From: Nitrospirota bacterium
GTDB taxonomy: Bacteria; Nitrospirota; Thermodesulfovibrionia; Thermodesulfovibrionales; Dissulfurispiraceae
Reading direction: 5' to 3'
DNA: 64,000 bases
NCBI GenBank assembly: GCA_963790025.1
Contig: CAWBMP010000004.1
Location: 160,001-224,000, forward strand
The notes beneath the pieces are model-generated. The model was not told the DNA's origin, searched no databases, and saw only the letters and a list, made by a program, of their open reading frames with translations. Position 1 is the first letter of the stretch; each line of letters opens with the position of its first letter. A program made the translations under genes and the position numbers. Below are positions 33,580-43,515 of the stretch, one piece after another.

Positions 33580-34218
33580 ATGATTAAAAAGGCTGGACTT
33601 ATAGCAGCGGTTATTTTTACTATTGCATCATGTGCCGTTATCACGGTGAATGTCTACTTTCCCGAAAAAGATGTGAAAGAAGCATACAAGAACCTTGAAG
33701 ATGAACTTATGAAGCCTGACAATGCAGCGCCGGACAAGCAGGAAACCCCTGCCAAAGAGAAACCGGCCCAGGACAAGCCGGAAAGTTCTATTCGTTTTGA
33801 CTTCGTCAGTTCAGCATATGCCCAGGATTCAGATCTTGCTAAAAGGATTGCAGACACCATAAGGAAAATGCCTGACGTTGTTGCGGCATACCGGGCGATA
33901 GGGGCGGTAATTCCCGATCTTGACAGATTAAGAAGCAACGGTGCTGTCGGAGAGGCCAATAACGGGTTGCTCGTGCCGAGAGAGGGCACTATGAGCCCTT
34001 CCGACAAGCAGCTCGTTGACATGGTAAACGCTGACAGAAAAATAGTCATAAACGGGATGGCAAAGGCCATCTTGCGCATCAACAGATCGCCTGAAAACGC
34101 CGACACGCTTAAACAGGTTATACCACAGGCTACAGAGCAGTTTGCCGGAATCAGAAGAGATACGGCAAAAAAGGGATGGTGGATTCAGGACACCAACGGG
34201 AACTGGGCGAAAAAATAG
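33580..34218 (+). CDS. DUF1318 (YdbL-like) lipoprotein
   Basis: Lipobox IASC; GAVGEANNGLL, VNADRK, GWWIQDTNGNWAKK. Confidence 0.8.
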   Translation: MIKKAGLIAAVIFTIASCAVITVNVYFPEKDVKEAYKNLEDELMKPDNAAPDKQETPAKEKPAQDKPESSIRFDFVSSAYAQDSDLAKRIADTIRKMPDVVAAYRAIGAVIPDLDRLRSNGAVGEANNGLLVPREGTMSPSDKQLVDMVNADRKIVINGMAKAILRINRSPENADTLKQVIPQATEQFAGIRRDTAKKGWWIQDTNGNWAKK

Positions 34219-34225
34219 ACAAGGG

Positions 34226-35767
34226 TCACATTTTAGCTCTACCGGAGACGAATAAAGGTGCGTGGTTGGAAGTGAAAAACGGCGGTTCGCGTCTTATAAT
34301 GGGTGCAACCGCCTTGTGCCTTTTGAATACGCCCTCCAGAAACTGTTTTACCGGTTTTCTGGTCCATCCCTTCGGATGTCTGAAATCGGTATACAGGGAC
34401 AGGTCGCCTTCATAAAAAGTGCCCGTGCCGAATTCTGCCGCATCGGGACTGTTTATCGGCATATTAAAAAGCGCGAGATTCAGGTAATCGATCTCTTTGC
34501 TGTGCTTGACCGTAAAATCCAGCGTCTTTCGGGCTTCAGCCTCCGACTCATACGGAGTGCCGAATATAAGATAAATATAACTCGCAATCCCTGCCTTAGC
34601 GAGTGTTTTCAGCACGCGGGATGCCGTTTCCAGATTAGTGCCTTTCTGCATACTGTCGAGCACACCCTGATCGCCTGATTCAATCCCCAGTTTGAGCATG
34701 ACGCAGCCGGAGCGTCTGAGCGACTCGCAAAAGGAACTGTCGGCTAATTGCTCTTCAACCCTGGCAAAACCATACCACGCAACACCCGGGGGAGTATCGG
34801 ACAATGACTTCATGAAGGATTTGCTCATAGCATTATCAAGCACATGTACGAGCACAGGTTTTGTTTTTCCATCCAGCGCGGCCAGGTCCGCAATCTCGCT
34901 CTGAGCCAGCCCGGCAGGTACGGGCCTGTACGGGACATCTTCGACGCTTTCGGGGCAAAATGAACACCTCTTCCAGTAACAGCCATCCGATGCGCTGTAG
35001 GGGAGAATAAGGCCTGGAGCCATGTATTCATTTCCCAGGAAAGGGCTGTAATCCGGCTTATAGTTTTCCATCAAATCGTCCGCCCCGAACAGGGAAAGCA
35101 AGGGTCTTTCTCCGGGACCTGCAATGACATGGTCTACCAATCCCACAAAGGGGTGGCCCCGGTCACTCCAGCGCGCAGCCTTCATCCATGAGGTAACAAG
35201 ACCTCCTCCAAGGTATACTGTGAGCCCGGCAAATGACTTTTTCAGGTATCCGATCATTGCAAAGGTGCACAGTGCCTGACTCAAAAAATTAAGTGAAAAC
35301 CCTACTGAATTGTCTTCAGTATGTTCCAGTACTGCGTGCAGGCGGCCTTTAAAATAAGAATAAAACGGATTTGTCTCAAAGTCCTCAGCTGCCCTGATCA
35401 AATCGCTGCTGTTTACTGGTGAGAGAGTATGGTGCCTGTAGTTCGACAGGCTTATTGTCACTCCACTGCCGGAGGATGATTGTTCCAACACACGGTTCAC
35501 ATCACCTATCGCCCTCCGATACTGAGCCGGCCGGCTGTATATGCCGGGTTCCCTCAGGGACACCAGATGGTCCAAACACTTTCGAAAGGCGCGGTGCGTC
35601 CATGTGTCGGAAGGCGACTGCGGCTGGTGCAAAAGATAAAGTATACCCTCCAGATTTGCATCAAGGGCATCGCCATTTATCCCGTGTGCCCTGAGAGCGC
35701 CGAGAAGCCTTGCAATACCTGCGGGAGGCTCGCAGGGCTTTGCGACAGGAGGGTATATGAGAATCAT
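34226..35767 (-). CDS. B12-binding-type radical SAM protein
   Basis: YPP...[20 protein letters not shown]. Confidence 0.85.
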   Translation of the reverse strand: MILIYPPVAKPCEPPAGIARLLGALRAHGINGDALDANLEGILYLLHQPQSPSDTWTHRAFRKCLDHLVSLREPGIYSRPAQYRRAIGDVNRVLEQSSSGSGVTISLSNYRHHTLSPVNSSDLIRAAEDFETNPFYSYFKGRLHAVLEHTEDNSVGFSLNFLSQALCTFAMIGYLKKSFAGLTVYLGGGLVTSWMKAARWSDRGHPFVGLVDHVIAGPGERPLLSLFGADDLMENYKPDYSPFLGNEYMAPGLILPYSASDGCYWKRCSFCPESVEDVPYRPVPAGLAQSEIADLAALDGKTKPVLVHVLDNAMSKSFMKSLSDTPPGVAWYGFARVEEQLADSSFCESLRRSGCVMLKLGIESGDQGVLDSMQKGTNLETASRVLKTLAKAGIASYIYLIFGTPYESEAEARKTLDFTVKHSKEIDYLNLALFNMPINSPDAAEFGTGTFYEGDLSLYTDFRHPKGWTRKPVKQFLEGVFKRHKAVAPIIRREPPFFTSNHAPLFVSGRAKM

Positions 35768-36078
35768 TTGATAAACGAACAGCAGTAATCGGTCAGCGTC
35801 TTTACCTTCAGCTTAAATTTTGCATTCGGCGCAACTTCAAACGATTCGTCCCCTTTGACCGGCTTCCACTCCGATTTCCCGGGAAGAAGGACCTCAAGCT
35901 CACCCGAAAGTATTTCCATCAGTTCTTTATCGGCGGTGCCGAATTCGTATTCGCCGGGAAGCATTATCCCGAGCGTTTTCCTGGACCCGTCCCCGAAAAT
36001 AACGGTCCTGCTCGTTACCTTCCCGTCAAAATAAACGTTCGCCTTTTTGACTACAGTCACATTTCTAAATTCAGACAT
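35764..36078 (-). CDS. ppnP: Pyrimidine/purine nucleoside phosphorylase (DUF1255)
   Basis: [34 protein letters not shown] 36078. Confidence 0.92.
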   Translation of the reverse strand: MSEFRNVTVVKKANVYFDGKVTSRTVIFGDGSRKTLGIMLPGEYEFGTADKELMEILSGELEVLLPGKSEWKPVKGDESFEVAPNAKFKLKVKTLTDYCCSFIK

Positions 36079-36266
36079 AAAAACTCCCCTCTGCAAACTT
36101 TTTTATGAAAAAACATCTTCTTACACTTTATCAGAGTGTTGGCAACGTGTTCAAGGAACAACCGGCCAGGTCGTTCCTATCCGTATGTGTTGATAAGGGT
36201 TTGGAGGGCTGCTCATTTGTGCTACAATTATAAGAATTTATATAAGACCCGAAAGGACTTGGCTGA

Positions 36267-38063
36267 ATGAAACAGATACAATGGGACCTAAAACAGCTCT
36301 TCGAGAGCGACAATGACCCTCAGATCGAGAAGGAAAGGCAAAACACCGAAGAGAAAAGCTACCGTTTTATCAACAAATGGAAAGACCGCACCGATTATCT
36401 TGAAGACCCCGCCGTTCTCAAACAGGCGCTCGATGAATATGAAGTATGGTCCCGGGAGTGCGGGACAGATGGTGATGGTGGTTACTATTTCTGGCTCAGG
36501 ACCCAGCAGGACCAGAATGACCCTGCGCTCAAAGCACGATATAATCAGGTGGAAAACTTCAGCAGGACTATACAGAACGATATCCAGTTTTTCCAACTCC
36601 GGATAGCCAAGATCCCTCCCGTACAACAAAAACAATTTCTCGATTATGGCGGGTTACAGGAGTATAGGCACTTTCTTGAGCGCATATTTGCAGAATCAAA
36701 ATATCTGCTTAGCGAAGCCGAGGAAAAGGTCCTGAACCTTAAGGCGTCGACGTCATACACAAACTGGGTAAAAATGACCTCCGGTTTCCTTGCAAAAGAA
36801 GAAAAAATAGTACTTCTTGAGGACGGCTCAAAGGACAACAGGAACATCTCGGAACTGCTAAGCCTTTTGGACAGCAAGAACAGAAAAGTGAGATATTCCG
36901 CTGCAAAGGCATTGAACAGCATTTTCGACAAATATGCAGAGGTCGCGGAGGCAGAATTAAACTCCATACTTGCCAATAAGCGGACCGACGACGAGCTGCG
37001 CGCCATTCGGCGTCCTGATTTTTCGCGCCACCTCGGTGATGACATTGGAAGCGAAATTGTGGATGCGCTCATCAATACAGTATCGGCGAGGTTTGCTATA
37101 GCTCATCGCTTTTACGGACTCAAGGCAAAGCTGCTGGGACTGAAGATACTGAAATACCACGAGAGGAATGTCGAATACGGCGATATCGTGAAAAATTATC
37201 CATATAAAAGGTCACTCATGCTCGTTGACAGGGTTTTTAAGAAGCTTGACGGAGAGTTTTCCGAAATCCTGTCCATGTTTATAAATAAAGGACATTTCGA
37301 CGTGTATCCGCGAAAGGGTAAGGGAAGCGGGGCCTTTTGTGCCCACCATCTTATTTCACAACCTACGTACATCCTCTTTAATCACACCGATAAGCTGAAC
37401 GATGTTCTTACAATAGCGCATGAACTCGGGCATGGAATCAACAACGAGCTGATCAGAAAAAAACAGAATGCCCTTAATTTCGGCACCTCCACCGCGACTG
37501 CTGAAGTTGCAAGCACTTTCATGGAGGATTTTGTTCTGCAGGAAATTCTGAGGAAAGCCGATGACGAAATGAAACTCGCCATTATGGTTAAAAAGCTCAA
37601 CGACGATGTCTCCACAATATTCCGCCAGGTCGCCTGCTACCGTTTCGAGCAGGAACTCCACCATGACTTCAGAGCAAAGGGCTATCTTTCAAAAGATGAA
37701 ATAGGAAGTCTTTTCAAAAAGCATATGGCTTCCTATATGGGGCCCTTTGTTGAGCAGTCTGCGGGCTCTGAGAACTGGTGGGTATACTGGAGCCATATCC
37801 GTTCATTCTTTTATGTATACTCGTATGCAAGCGGACTGCTGATATCGAAGGCATTGCAGCACTCCGTCAAGAAAGACCCACCATTCATAGGAAAGGTCAA
37901 GGACTTCCTTTCGGCGGGCCTCTCCGATTCACCGGCCAATATATTTAAACGCCTCGGCGTAGATATAACCGACAGCGGGTTCTGGCACAAGGGACTTGAT
38001 GAGGTGGAAGCTCTGCTGGAAGAAACAACCGCTCTGGCCCGGAGCCTGGGCAAAATAAGATAA
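36267..38063 (+). CDS. pepF: M3B oligoendopeptidase F
   Basis: WDL, KGSGAFC, HELGH, AEVASTF, FYVYSYA. Confidence 0.9.
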   Translation: MKQIQWDLKQLFESDNDPQIEKERQNTEEKSYRFINKWKDRTDYLEDPAVLKQALDEYEVWSRECGTDGDGGYYFWLRTQQDQNDPALKARYNQVENFSRTIQNDIQFFQLRIAKIPPVQQKQFLDYGGLQEYRHFLERIFAESKYLLSEAEEKVLNLKASTSYTNWVKMTSGFLAKEEKIVLLEDGSKDNRNISELLSLLDSKNRKVRYSAAKALNSIFDKYAEVAEAELNSILANKRTDDELRAIRRPDFSRHLGDDIGSEIVDALINTVSARFAIAHRFYGLKAKLLGLKILKYHERNVEYGDIVKNYPYKRSLMLVDRVFKKLDGEFSEILSMFINKGHFDVYPRKGKGSGAFCAHHLISQPTYILFNHTDKLNDVLTIAHELGHGINNELIRKKQNALNFGTSTATAEVASTFMEDFVLQEILRKADDEMKLAIMVKKLNDDVSTIFRQVACYRFEQELHHDFRAKGYLSKDEIGSLFKKHMASYMGPFVEQSAGSENWWVYWSHIRSFFYVYSYASGLLISKALQHSVKKDPPFIGKVKDFLSAGLSDSPANIFKRLGVDITDSGFWHKGLDEVEALLEETTALARSLGKIR

Positions 38064-38066
38064 TTA

Positions 38067-38155
38067 AAAAGTAAGAAGTGAGAAGTGAAAAGTGAAAAGT
38101 TAAAAAAGCAAAGAAAATGTAATCGTTTGTTTTTTATTCCTTACTTTTTACTTGT
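38067..38155. repeat. Heptamer array (ARAAGTG) with a partial inverted copy between convergent pepF and coaD
   Basis: aaaagta agaagtg agaagtg aaaagtg aaaagtt ... tattcct tactttt tacttgt. Confidence 0.65.
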
Positions 38156-38633
38156 CTTTACGAAACTTGTCCTTCAATGCCTTTTCCACCACTTCAGGCA
38201 CAAGCCCGGTAATTGTTCCGCCGAAGGAAGCCACCTCTTTCACGATCGTCGAAGTGAGGTAGGAGTATTCCTCTGAGGGCATCATGAAAACAGTCTCAAG
38301 ATCGCCGGCTAGCCGTCTGTTCATCAAGGCCATCTGCATTTCATATTCAAAATCCGATACCGCCCGCAATCCTCTTATGATGCCGATGCCGCCCCTCCTT
38401 TTGACATAATCGATAAGCAGCCCGTCGAATGCCTCCACCCTCACGCCCTGGTACTCCCTGACAGACTCTTCAATCAACAAAAGCCGTTCCTTGATGGTAA
38501 ACAGCGGCTGTTTTTTGGGGCTGGGCGCAACAGCAATTATCAACTCATCGAATATCATCAGGCCCCTTTCAACAAGGTCGAGGTGTCCGTTTGTAACAGG
38601 ATCAAATGTGCCCGGATAAATAGCACGCTTCAT
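38148..38633 (-). CDS. coaD: Phosphopantetheine adenylyltransferase
   Basis: YPGTFDPVTNGH, RGLRAVSDFEYE. Confidence 0.97.
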   Translation of the reverse strand: MKRAIYPGTFDPVTNGHLDLVERGLMIFDELIIAVAPSPKKQPLFTIKERLLLIEESVREYQGVRVEAFDGLLIDYVKRRGGIGIIRGLRAVSDFEYEMQMALMNRRLAGDLETVFMMPSEEYSYLTSTIVKEVASFGGTITGLVPEVVEKALKDKFRKDK

Positions 38634-38659
38634 CGCTCTCCTCCCAAAAAAAGCAGGAA

Positions 38660-38736
38660 AAGGCGTAGGTAAAGGTAAAGAAGAAGGCTCTTCTTTACTT
38701 TTACTCTACCTCTACCTACACCTTTACCTATGCCTT
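38660..38736. repeat. Intergenic inverted repeat built from hexamer units
   Basis: AAGGCGTAGGTAAAGGT (38660-76) / ACCTTTACCTATGCCTT (38720-36), with an inner AAAGAAGA/TCTTCTTT hairpin. Confidence 0.7.
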
Positions 38737-39299
38737 CATCTGTCTTTCATGTATAAACTGAGAGATGTATCTCCATATCTATACTTCTTCATTAAAAAAA
38801 AAGAGCCCGCATGCTCTTCTAAATCTCTTTTTGAGGAATGTTCGGCAATAATAGTCCCATCATCACCGGCTGTTCCGAGTTCGTCGATCAGCGATACTAT
38901 GGCCATGGCTTCTTCAGATGCATACGGCGGATCAAGAAAAATAATACTAAACCGCTCCTCATTTTTCTTCAGGAAATCCCGGACACGCTCCCTCGCGACC
39001 ATCGCTTTATCACTGAAGCCGAAACGGTGCACAAACTCTTTAATTATATTGACCCTGCCCGGATTTTCTTCGACAAACACAACTCTTTCGGCACCCCTGC
39101 TCAGTGCCTCGATTCCAACAGCCCCAGTCCCGGCATACAGGTCCAGAAAAGAGGAACGGTCTATTCTGTCTCTCAGAATATTAAAAATCGCCTCTCTTAC
39201 TTTTGAAGGTGTCGGCCTCAGTTGCTCCCCAGCTTTACTTAAAAAGGCCTTTTTAATGCCTACCTTTCTGCCTTTTGCAGTACCACCCGAAATTCTCAT
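38736..39299 (-). CDS. rsmD: 16S rRNA m2G966 methyltransferase
   Basis: MRISGG, RPT...VREAIFN, DLYAGTG, EALSRGA, DPPY. Confidence 0.95.
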   Translation of the reverse strand: MRISGGTAKGRKVGIKKAFLSKAGEQLRPTPSKVREAIFNILRDRIDRSSFLDLYAGTGAVGIEALSRGAERVVFVEENPGRVNIIKEFVHRFGFSDKAMVARERVRDFLKKNEERFSIIFLDPPYASEEAMAIVSLIDELGTAGDDGTIIAEHSSKRDLEEHAGSFFLMKKYRYGDTSLSLYMKDR

Positions 39300-39946
39300 C
39301 TCAGCTGGGGATTGACTATATGTCCGTCATCCATTTCATAACCGGCTATCTTGACAACCCTGCCCTCGATGCTCAGCCGGCCCTCGGCATAAAGCCTTAT
39401 GGCTTCAGGGTATATCCTGTGTTCCAGCTTCAGTATCCGTGCGGAAAGCGTTTCTTCAGTGTCATCAGGAGAAACAGGCACTGCGGCCTGTATTATAACA
39501 GGTCCAGTATCCATCCCCTCGTCTACAAAATGTACTGTGCAACCGCTTATCCTGGCCCCATACTTCACCGCATCCTTCTGTCCATGAAGGCCTGGAAAAG
39601 CGGGCAGGAGGGCCGGATGAATATTCATGATCCTGTTAGGAAAAGCATCTATCAAAGGTTTTCTCACAATTCGCATAAACCCTGCAAGCGCCACAAGTTC
39701 CACCCCGCGCCTTTCAAGCTCGCCAGCTATGACCGAAAAAAAAGCGTCCTTTGAATGTGATGCTGCAGGGTCTATATAGAGGTAATCTATAGAGTGTTTT
39801 TTAGCCCTCTCGATGGCATAAGCACCCGCATTATCAACGATGAGCAGTTTAATAGAAGCATTAATTCTACCCGCCTCTATCTCATCGATAATGGATTGAA
39901 AGTTTGAGCCTCTGCCGGATGCCAGGATGCCGAGTGTCAACATCAT
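39296..39946 (-). CDS. purN: Phosphoribosylglycinamide formyltransferase
   Basis: SGRGSN, LAGFMR, NIHPALLP, GCTVHFV, DTGP. Confidence 0.97.
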   Translation of the reverse strand: MMLTLGILASGRGSNFQSIIDEIEAGRINASIKLLIVDNAGAYAIERAKKHSIDYLYIDPAASHSKDAFFSVIAGELERRGVELVALAGFMRIVRKPLIDAFPNRIMNIHPALLPAFPGLHGQKDAVKYGARISGCTVHFVDEGMDTGPVIIQAAVPVSPDDTEETLSARILKLEHRIYPEAIRLYAEGRLSIEGRVVKIAGYEMDDGHIVNPQLR

Positions 39947-40248
39947 ATGACATTGTCGATGATTGTATCTTTCAATATCTTGCCCGCAACGTCATCTCCC
40001 TTGACGTTGTAAGTTCCTGAATTAATGGCATCTTTCAGTTTTTCCACCTTGTCTGTCCGCACATCCGGCAGTTTCATGGCTTCTGCTGAAAGCCTTGACA
40101 TCTCTTTGGCTGCGTCCGATAGTGATACCTGGTCACCTTGTGATGCAGCCTCTCCGGCCGTCCCGGTCTTCTCATCATTTACCGTTACTTTTGTCTTGTC
40201 GCTCTTCTGAAGGTTTAAATCAAGATTGCTCGTCTCCGTAATCTTCAT
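39943..40248 (-). CDS. flgM: Anti-sigma28 factor FlgM
   Basis: DQVSLS, PDVRTDKVEKLKDAINSGTYNV...VAGKIL; GGAGG RBS. Confidence 0.9.
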   Translation of the reverse strand: MKITETSNLDLNLQKSDKTKVTVNDEKTGTAGEAASQGDQVSLSDAAKEMSRLSAEAMKLPDVRTDKVEKLKDAINSGTYNVKGDDVAGKILKDTIIDNVI

Positions 40249-40387
40249 TTATCATTACCTCCTTATCCTGCAATACTGTTCGTTCATAATGATATTATAC
40301 TCTGCAAATGAAAAAAGCGCAGGTTTTTTGAATTTACGGAGGGGCAGTTTGTCATCAGAATGGGTCGGAGCGCCACCTGCGAAGACA

Positions 40388-40762
40388 CTATTTTTTCATT
40401 TGAGCATATTTTATAGTTATTGTGTATTCAACATCCAGGCATTCGGGAGCAGAACAACTGTCACAGCCCAATTTGCCTTTTGCTGTCGTTTTGCGGTTCT
40501 TGACCATGTTGCTTATTATTTTAGTGAAATTAAACCCGCCTTCAACACAGTCCGAACATAAACAATTTACCCTGAATACAGCAAAACTGCCGGGGAAGAA
40601 ATTAACTGTCCGTGACAAAGGTTCTAATACCCCTGTTTGACTGTACATCATGCTTATAGCGATTTCTGCAACCTTGGGGAAGACTTCAGACACAAGGCCT
40701 GCATCAATTCTCTGTTGCTTCTTTTCCGCCCTGGCCGCTGTAATCTTCGCTCTGCGATTCAT
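40388..40762 (-). CDS. Hypothetical basic Cys-containing protein downstream of the cold-shock gene
   Basis: ATG 40762 behind GGAGG; CLCSDC and CDSC...C motifs. Confidence 0.7.
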   Translation of the reverse strand: MNRRAKITAARAEKKQQRIDAGLVSEVFPKVAEIAISMMYSQTGVLEPLSRTVNFFPGSFAVFRVNCLCSDCVEGGFNFTKIISNMVKNRKTTAKGKLGCDSCSAPECLDVEYTITIKYAQMKK

Positions 40763-40817
40763 TTTGCCTCCAAATGAAGAGGCCCCCTCCTGCCGGGAAG
40801 GGACCTTCAACGGTAAA

Positions 40818-41018
40818 TTACAGCTTTACAACGTTTATAGCTTTGGGCCCTTTAGGTCCCTCTTCAGTATCGAAGGTGACCTTGTCCCCTTCGGCAAGAC
40901 TCTTAAAGCCGGCGCCCTGGATGGACGTATGATGTACAAAATAATCGGTTCCGTCCTCACCGCTGATAAAGCCAAACCCCTTGCTGTCGTTAAACCACTT
41001 CACAGTGCCTCGTTTCAT
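40818..41018 (-). CDS. cspA: Cold-shock protein
   Basis: [23 protein letters not shown]. Confidence 0.95.
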   Translation of the reverse strand: MKRGTVKWFNDSKGFGFISGEDGTDYFVHHTSIQGAGFKSLAEGDKVTFDTEEGPKGPKAINVVKL

Positions 41019-41120
41019 TTCTTATTACTCCTTCTTGAACTCAAACTAAAAAATCTCTTAAACGCAACCTGCCCGCATAAAAATCCCTTCGTCATCTGCC
41101 GGCTGCCACCCATCGCCTTT

Positions 41121-41396
41121 TTACAGGGCTGCTTTCAGTTTCTTCCCGGCAGTAAACTTGACGGTCTTGCTCGCCTTAATCTTTATTGCCTCTCCGGTCC
41201 GGGGGTTCCTCCCTTTCCTTGCCTTTCTCTTTGCCAACGAGAAGGTGCCGAAACCCACAAGGGTAAGCCTCCCATTCTTTCTGGCAGTTTTGCCGACCGC
41301 CTCAGTAAAGGATTTAATAACTTTTTCTGCCTGGGCCTTTGAAATACCTGCGTCCTTTGAAAGCTTCTCTACAAGTTCTGTCTTGTTCATTTTCAT
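41121..41396 (-). CDS. hup: HU family DNA-binding protein
   Basis: MNKTEL, GFGTF, RKGRNPRTG; start at 41396 or 41390. Confidence 0.95.
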   Translation of the reverse strand: MKMNKTELVEKLSKDAGISKAQAEKVIKSFTEAVGKTARKNGRLTLVGFGTFSLAKRKARKGRNPRTGEAIKIKASKTVKFTAGKKLKAAL

Positions 41397-41491
41397 TCTC
41401 CTATTAAAGTAACTACCTGATGACAGAAAGTATAGCACAAAATAATTTTCATAGTAATTCATAAATGCGTAACATGCTATAATTTATTGTT

Positions 41492-42148
41492 ATGTATTCC
41501 ATCGAAGCTCTTAACATCCTCGGTCATCAAAAAGAAGCGGTGCCGAACACATTCTTCCGGCAAAAAGCTGAAACGCGGCATTTGTCCATCGTCTTGCCCG
41601 GTTTCGGCTATACGTCTCACATGCCGGTTATGTATTATCCCTGCCTGGCCCTTCTTTCGAGGGGGGCCGATGTCCTGCGGGCGGAATACAACTATAGTAA
41701 GCTGGCGGATTTCATGGCCCTGTCTCAGGATGAGCGCAGACGACAGGCTGCTGACGATGTGTCGGCCATTTATGCCGCCGCTATCAGGCAGCGAGAGTAT
41801 GACACGATAACGCTTGTCGGCAAATCGATCGGGACCACTTCAATGGGTCATCTAATTACGTCGGTTTCAGGCTTTCCGGAATTGCAGTGTCTCTGGCTCA
41901 CACCCGTTTTAAAAAGTGAGCGTCTGCTTTCACAAATAAAGCAGGTGGGGCATAGGGCGCTTTTTGTTATCGGCACAGCTGATACGTACTATGATAAGGG
42001 AACCCTGGACGACCTCGTGAAGGTGACCGGCGGAGACAGCATTGTCATCGAGGGCGCCGATCACAGCCTCGAAATAGACGGTTCGCCAATAAAATCACTT
42101 CAAGCCCTTGAGCGTATAATGATCGGGATTGAAAGGTTTCTCGGTTGA
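41492..42148 (+). CDS. Alpha/beta hydrolase
   Basis: LPGFGY, GKSIG, GTAD, GADH. Confidence 0.85.
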   Translation: MYSIEALNILGHQKEAVPNTFFRQKAETRHLSIVLPGFGYTSHMPVMYYPCLALLSRGADVLRAEYNYSKLADFMALSQDERRRQAADDVSAIYAAAIRQREYDTITLVGKSIGTTSMGHLITSVSGFPELQCLWLTPVLKSERLLSQIKQVGHRALFVIGTADTYYDKGTLDDLVKVTGGDSIVIEGADHSLEIDGSPIKSLQALERIMIGIERFLG

Positions 42149-42324
42149 TACCTTTTATTGATTACAGCTTATGTAACGGATGTGGGGCTTGCGCTGAATC
42201 ATATCCTTTGTTCTTTGTGATACGGGACGAGAAGGCGTGGGTCATAAACCATGAGAAGTTTGTTTTGGAAGAAAATAAAAATGTTGAATACATCTGCCCT
42301 TTCGGCGCTATCACCATAGAATAA

Positions 42325-42347
42325 GTTAGAGGTTAGAGGTTAGAGGT
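42325..42347. repeat. Heptamer triplication GTTAGAG x3 at the 3' end of the M24 peptidase gene
   Basis: gttagag gttagag gttagag gt. Confidence 0.75.
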
Positions 42348-43515
42348 ACACGATATCGTCCGCCAGATTTGTCAGTTTTTGGCATCCTTTGTCCGTTATT
42401 GCCAGGGTGTTCTCTATGCCTACAGCCCCCTTGCCGGGGAACAGGAATTTAGGTTCAACGGCAATTGTCTGCCCTGCCTGAATAAGGGCCTTGAACTTCG
42501 GCGCAAGGACAGGCAGTTCATCCAGTTCGAGCCCGACCCCGTGCCCTACGAACTTTGCCAGTTCGCCGGGATGGCCCATAAAATGTTCTCCTAGCCCTGC
42601 ATCAGCCGCCATCTTTGCTGCACGATGGAATAGATCTTCGCAAATATTTCCGGGCGTGAGTTTCTCTTTTACCAATTCCTGTATGTCAAGAGAGATACCA
42701 AAAGCCCGTTCAAGCTCGGGGATGAGGCCGCCAAAACAGAAAATACGAGTCATATCAGCAATATACCCATTGTAAAATCCCCCATAGTCTACAACGATAG
42801 GGACCCCTTTTCGAATGACGTCTGTTGAAGGTCCGTAGGGCGCCGCGGTCCATTGCCCTTTGCCGGAAACAGGACCGTCAAAACAGCCGGCTACTGCAGC
42901 GTTCACGCCCGAAGACGCAATCCCTGTTATCTCCTGGTTGAAGCCGCGAATACGGAGATATCCACCAATGCCGGCTTTTCGCAGGCAATATTCAAATTCT
43001 GCGGCAAGGTCAAGCTCCCGCATCCCGGGAATAAGAAAGTCAGGTATCTTGTTGAATGCTCCGGCGAGCATACTGCCGCTCATCCGCATCTGCTCAAGTT
43101 CCCAGGCCGATTTCACTGACCTCAATTCCCGGTTGATTCCAGAGATATCCACAAACTCATAATCCCGAAGAATATTACGGAAAAAGTTAAAATGTTGCAA
43201 AGGGAGCACATCAAAGGTGAGGCCGATCTTTCTTATGCCCTTCCCGAGAATATCAGGCAGGTCCTTGCTTGAAGGGAACGGCCGAACGTCTTCCACATTG
43301 CTCTCCCCTATGCTGCGGATGAAGCTCTTTCTCACAAGCAGGGCAGGAACGCCGTCTATCGGTATCCATAAAACGGCATTCTGCCTGGAACCACTGAAAT
43401 AGAAGACGTCGACTGCATAATTGAAGAGGGCCCCGTCAAGCCCTTCGGCTGAAAGCCTTTTCTTGAGGTTCTCTATCCTCTGACTTATCTCTTCTTTCGG
43501 AGTTGTCGTATTCAT
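42340..43515 (-). CDS. M24 Xaa-Pro peptidase family protein
   Basis: RSVKS, DYGG...DMTR, GHGVGLELDE, AVEP, GIEN. Confidence 0.92.
   Translation of the reverse strand: MNTTTPKEEISQRIENLKKRLSAEGLDGALFNYAVDVFYFSGSRQNAVLWIPIDGVPALLVRKSFIRSIGESNVEDVRPFPSSKDLPDILGKGIRKIGLTFDVLPLQHFNFFRNILRDYEFVDISGINRELRSVKSAWELEQMRMSGSMLAGAFNKIPDFLIPGMRELDLAAEFEYCLRKAGIGGYLRIRGFNQEITGIASSGVNAAVAGCFDGPVSGKGQWTAAPYGPSTDVIRKGVPIVVDYGGFYNGYIADMTRIFCFGGLIPELERAFGISLDIQELVKEKLTPGNICEDLFHRAAKMAADAGLGEHFMGHPGELAKFVGHGVGLELDELPVLAPKFKALIQAGQTIAVEPKFLFPGKGAVGIENTLAITDKGCQKLTNLADDIVYL

Noticed and set aside
36128..36197. SAM-I riboswitch (TTATCAGAG...GGCAAC...GATAAG look-alike)
   Set aside because: The conserved P2 kink-turn and the P3 GCAAC/GUGC pairing are not present in the right order on either strand.
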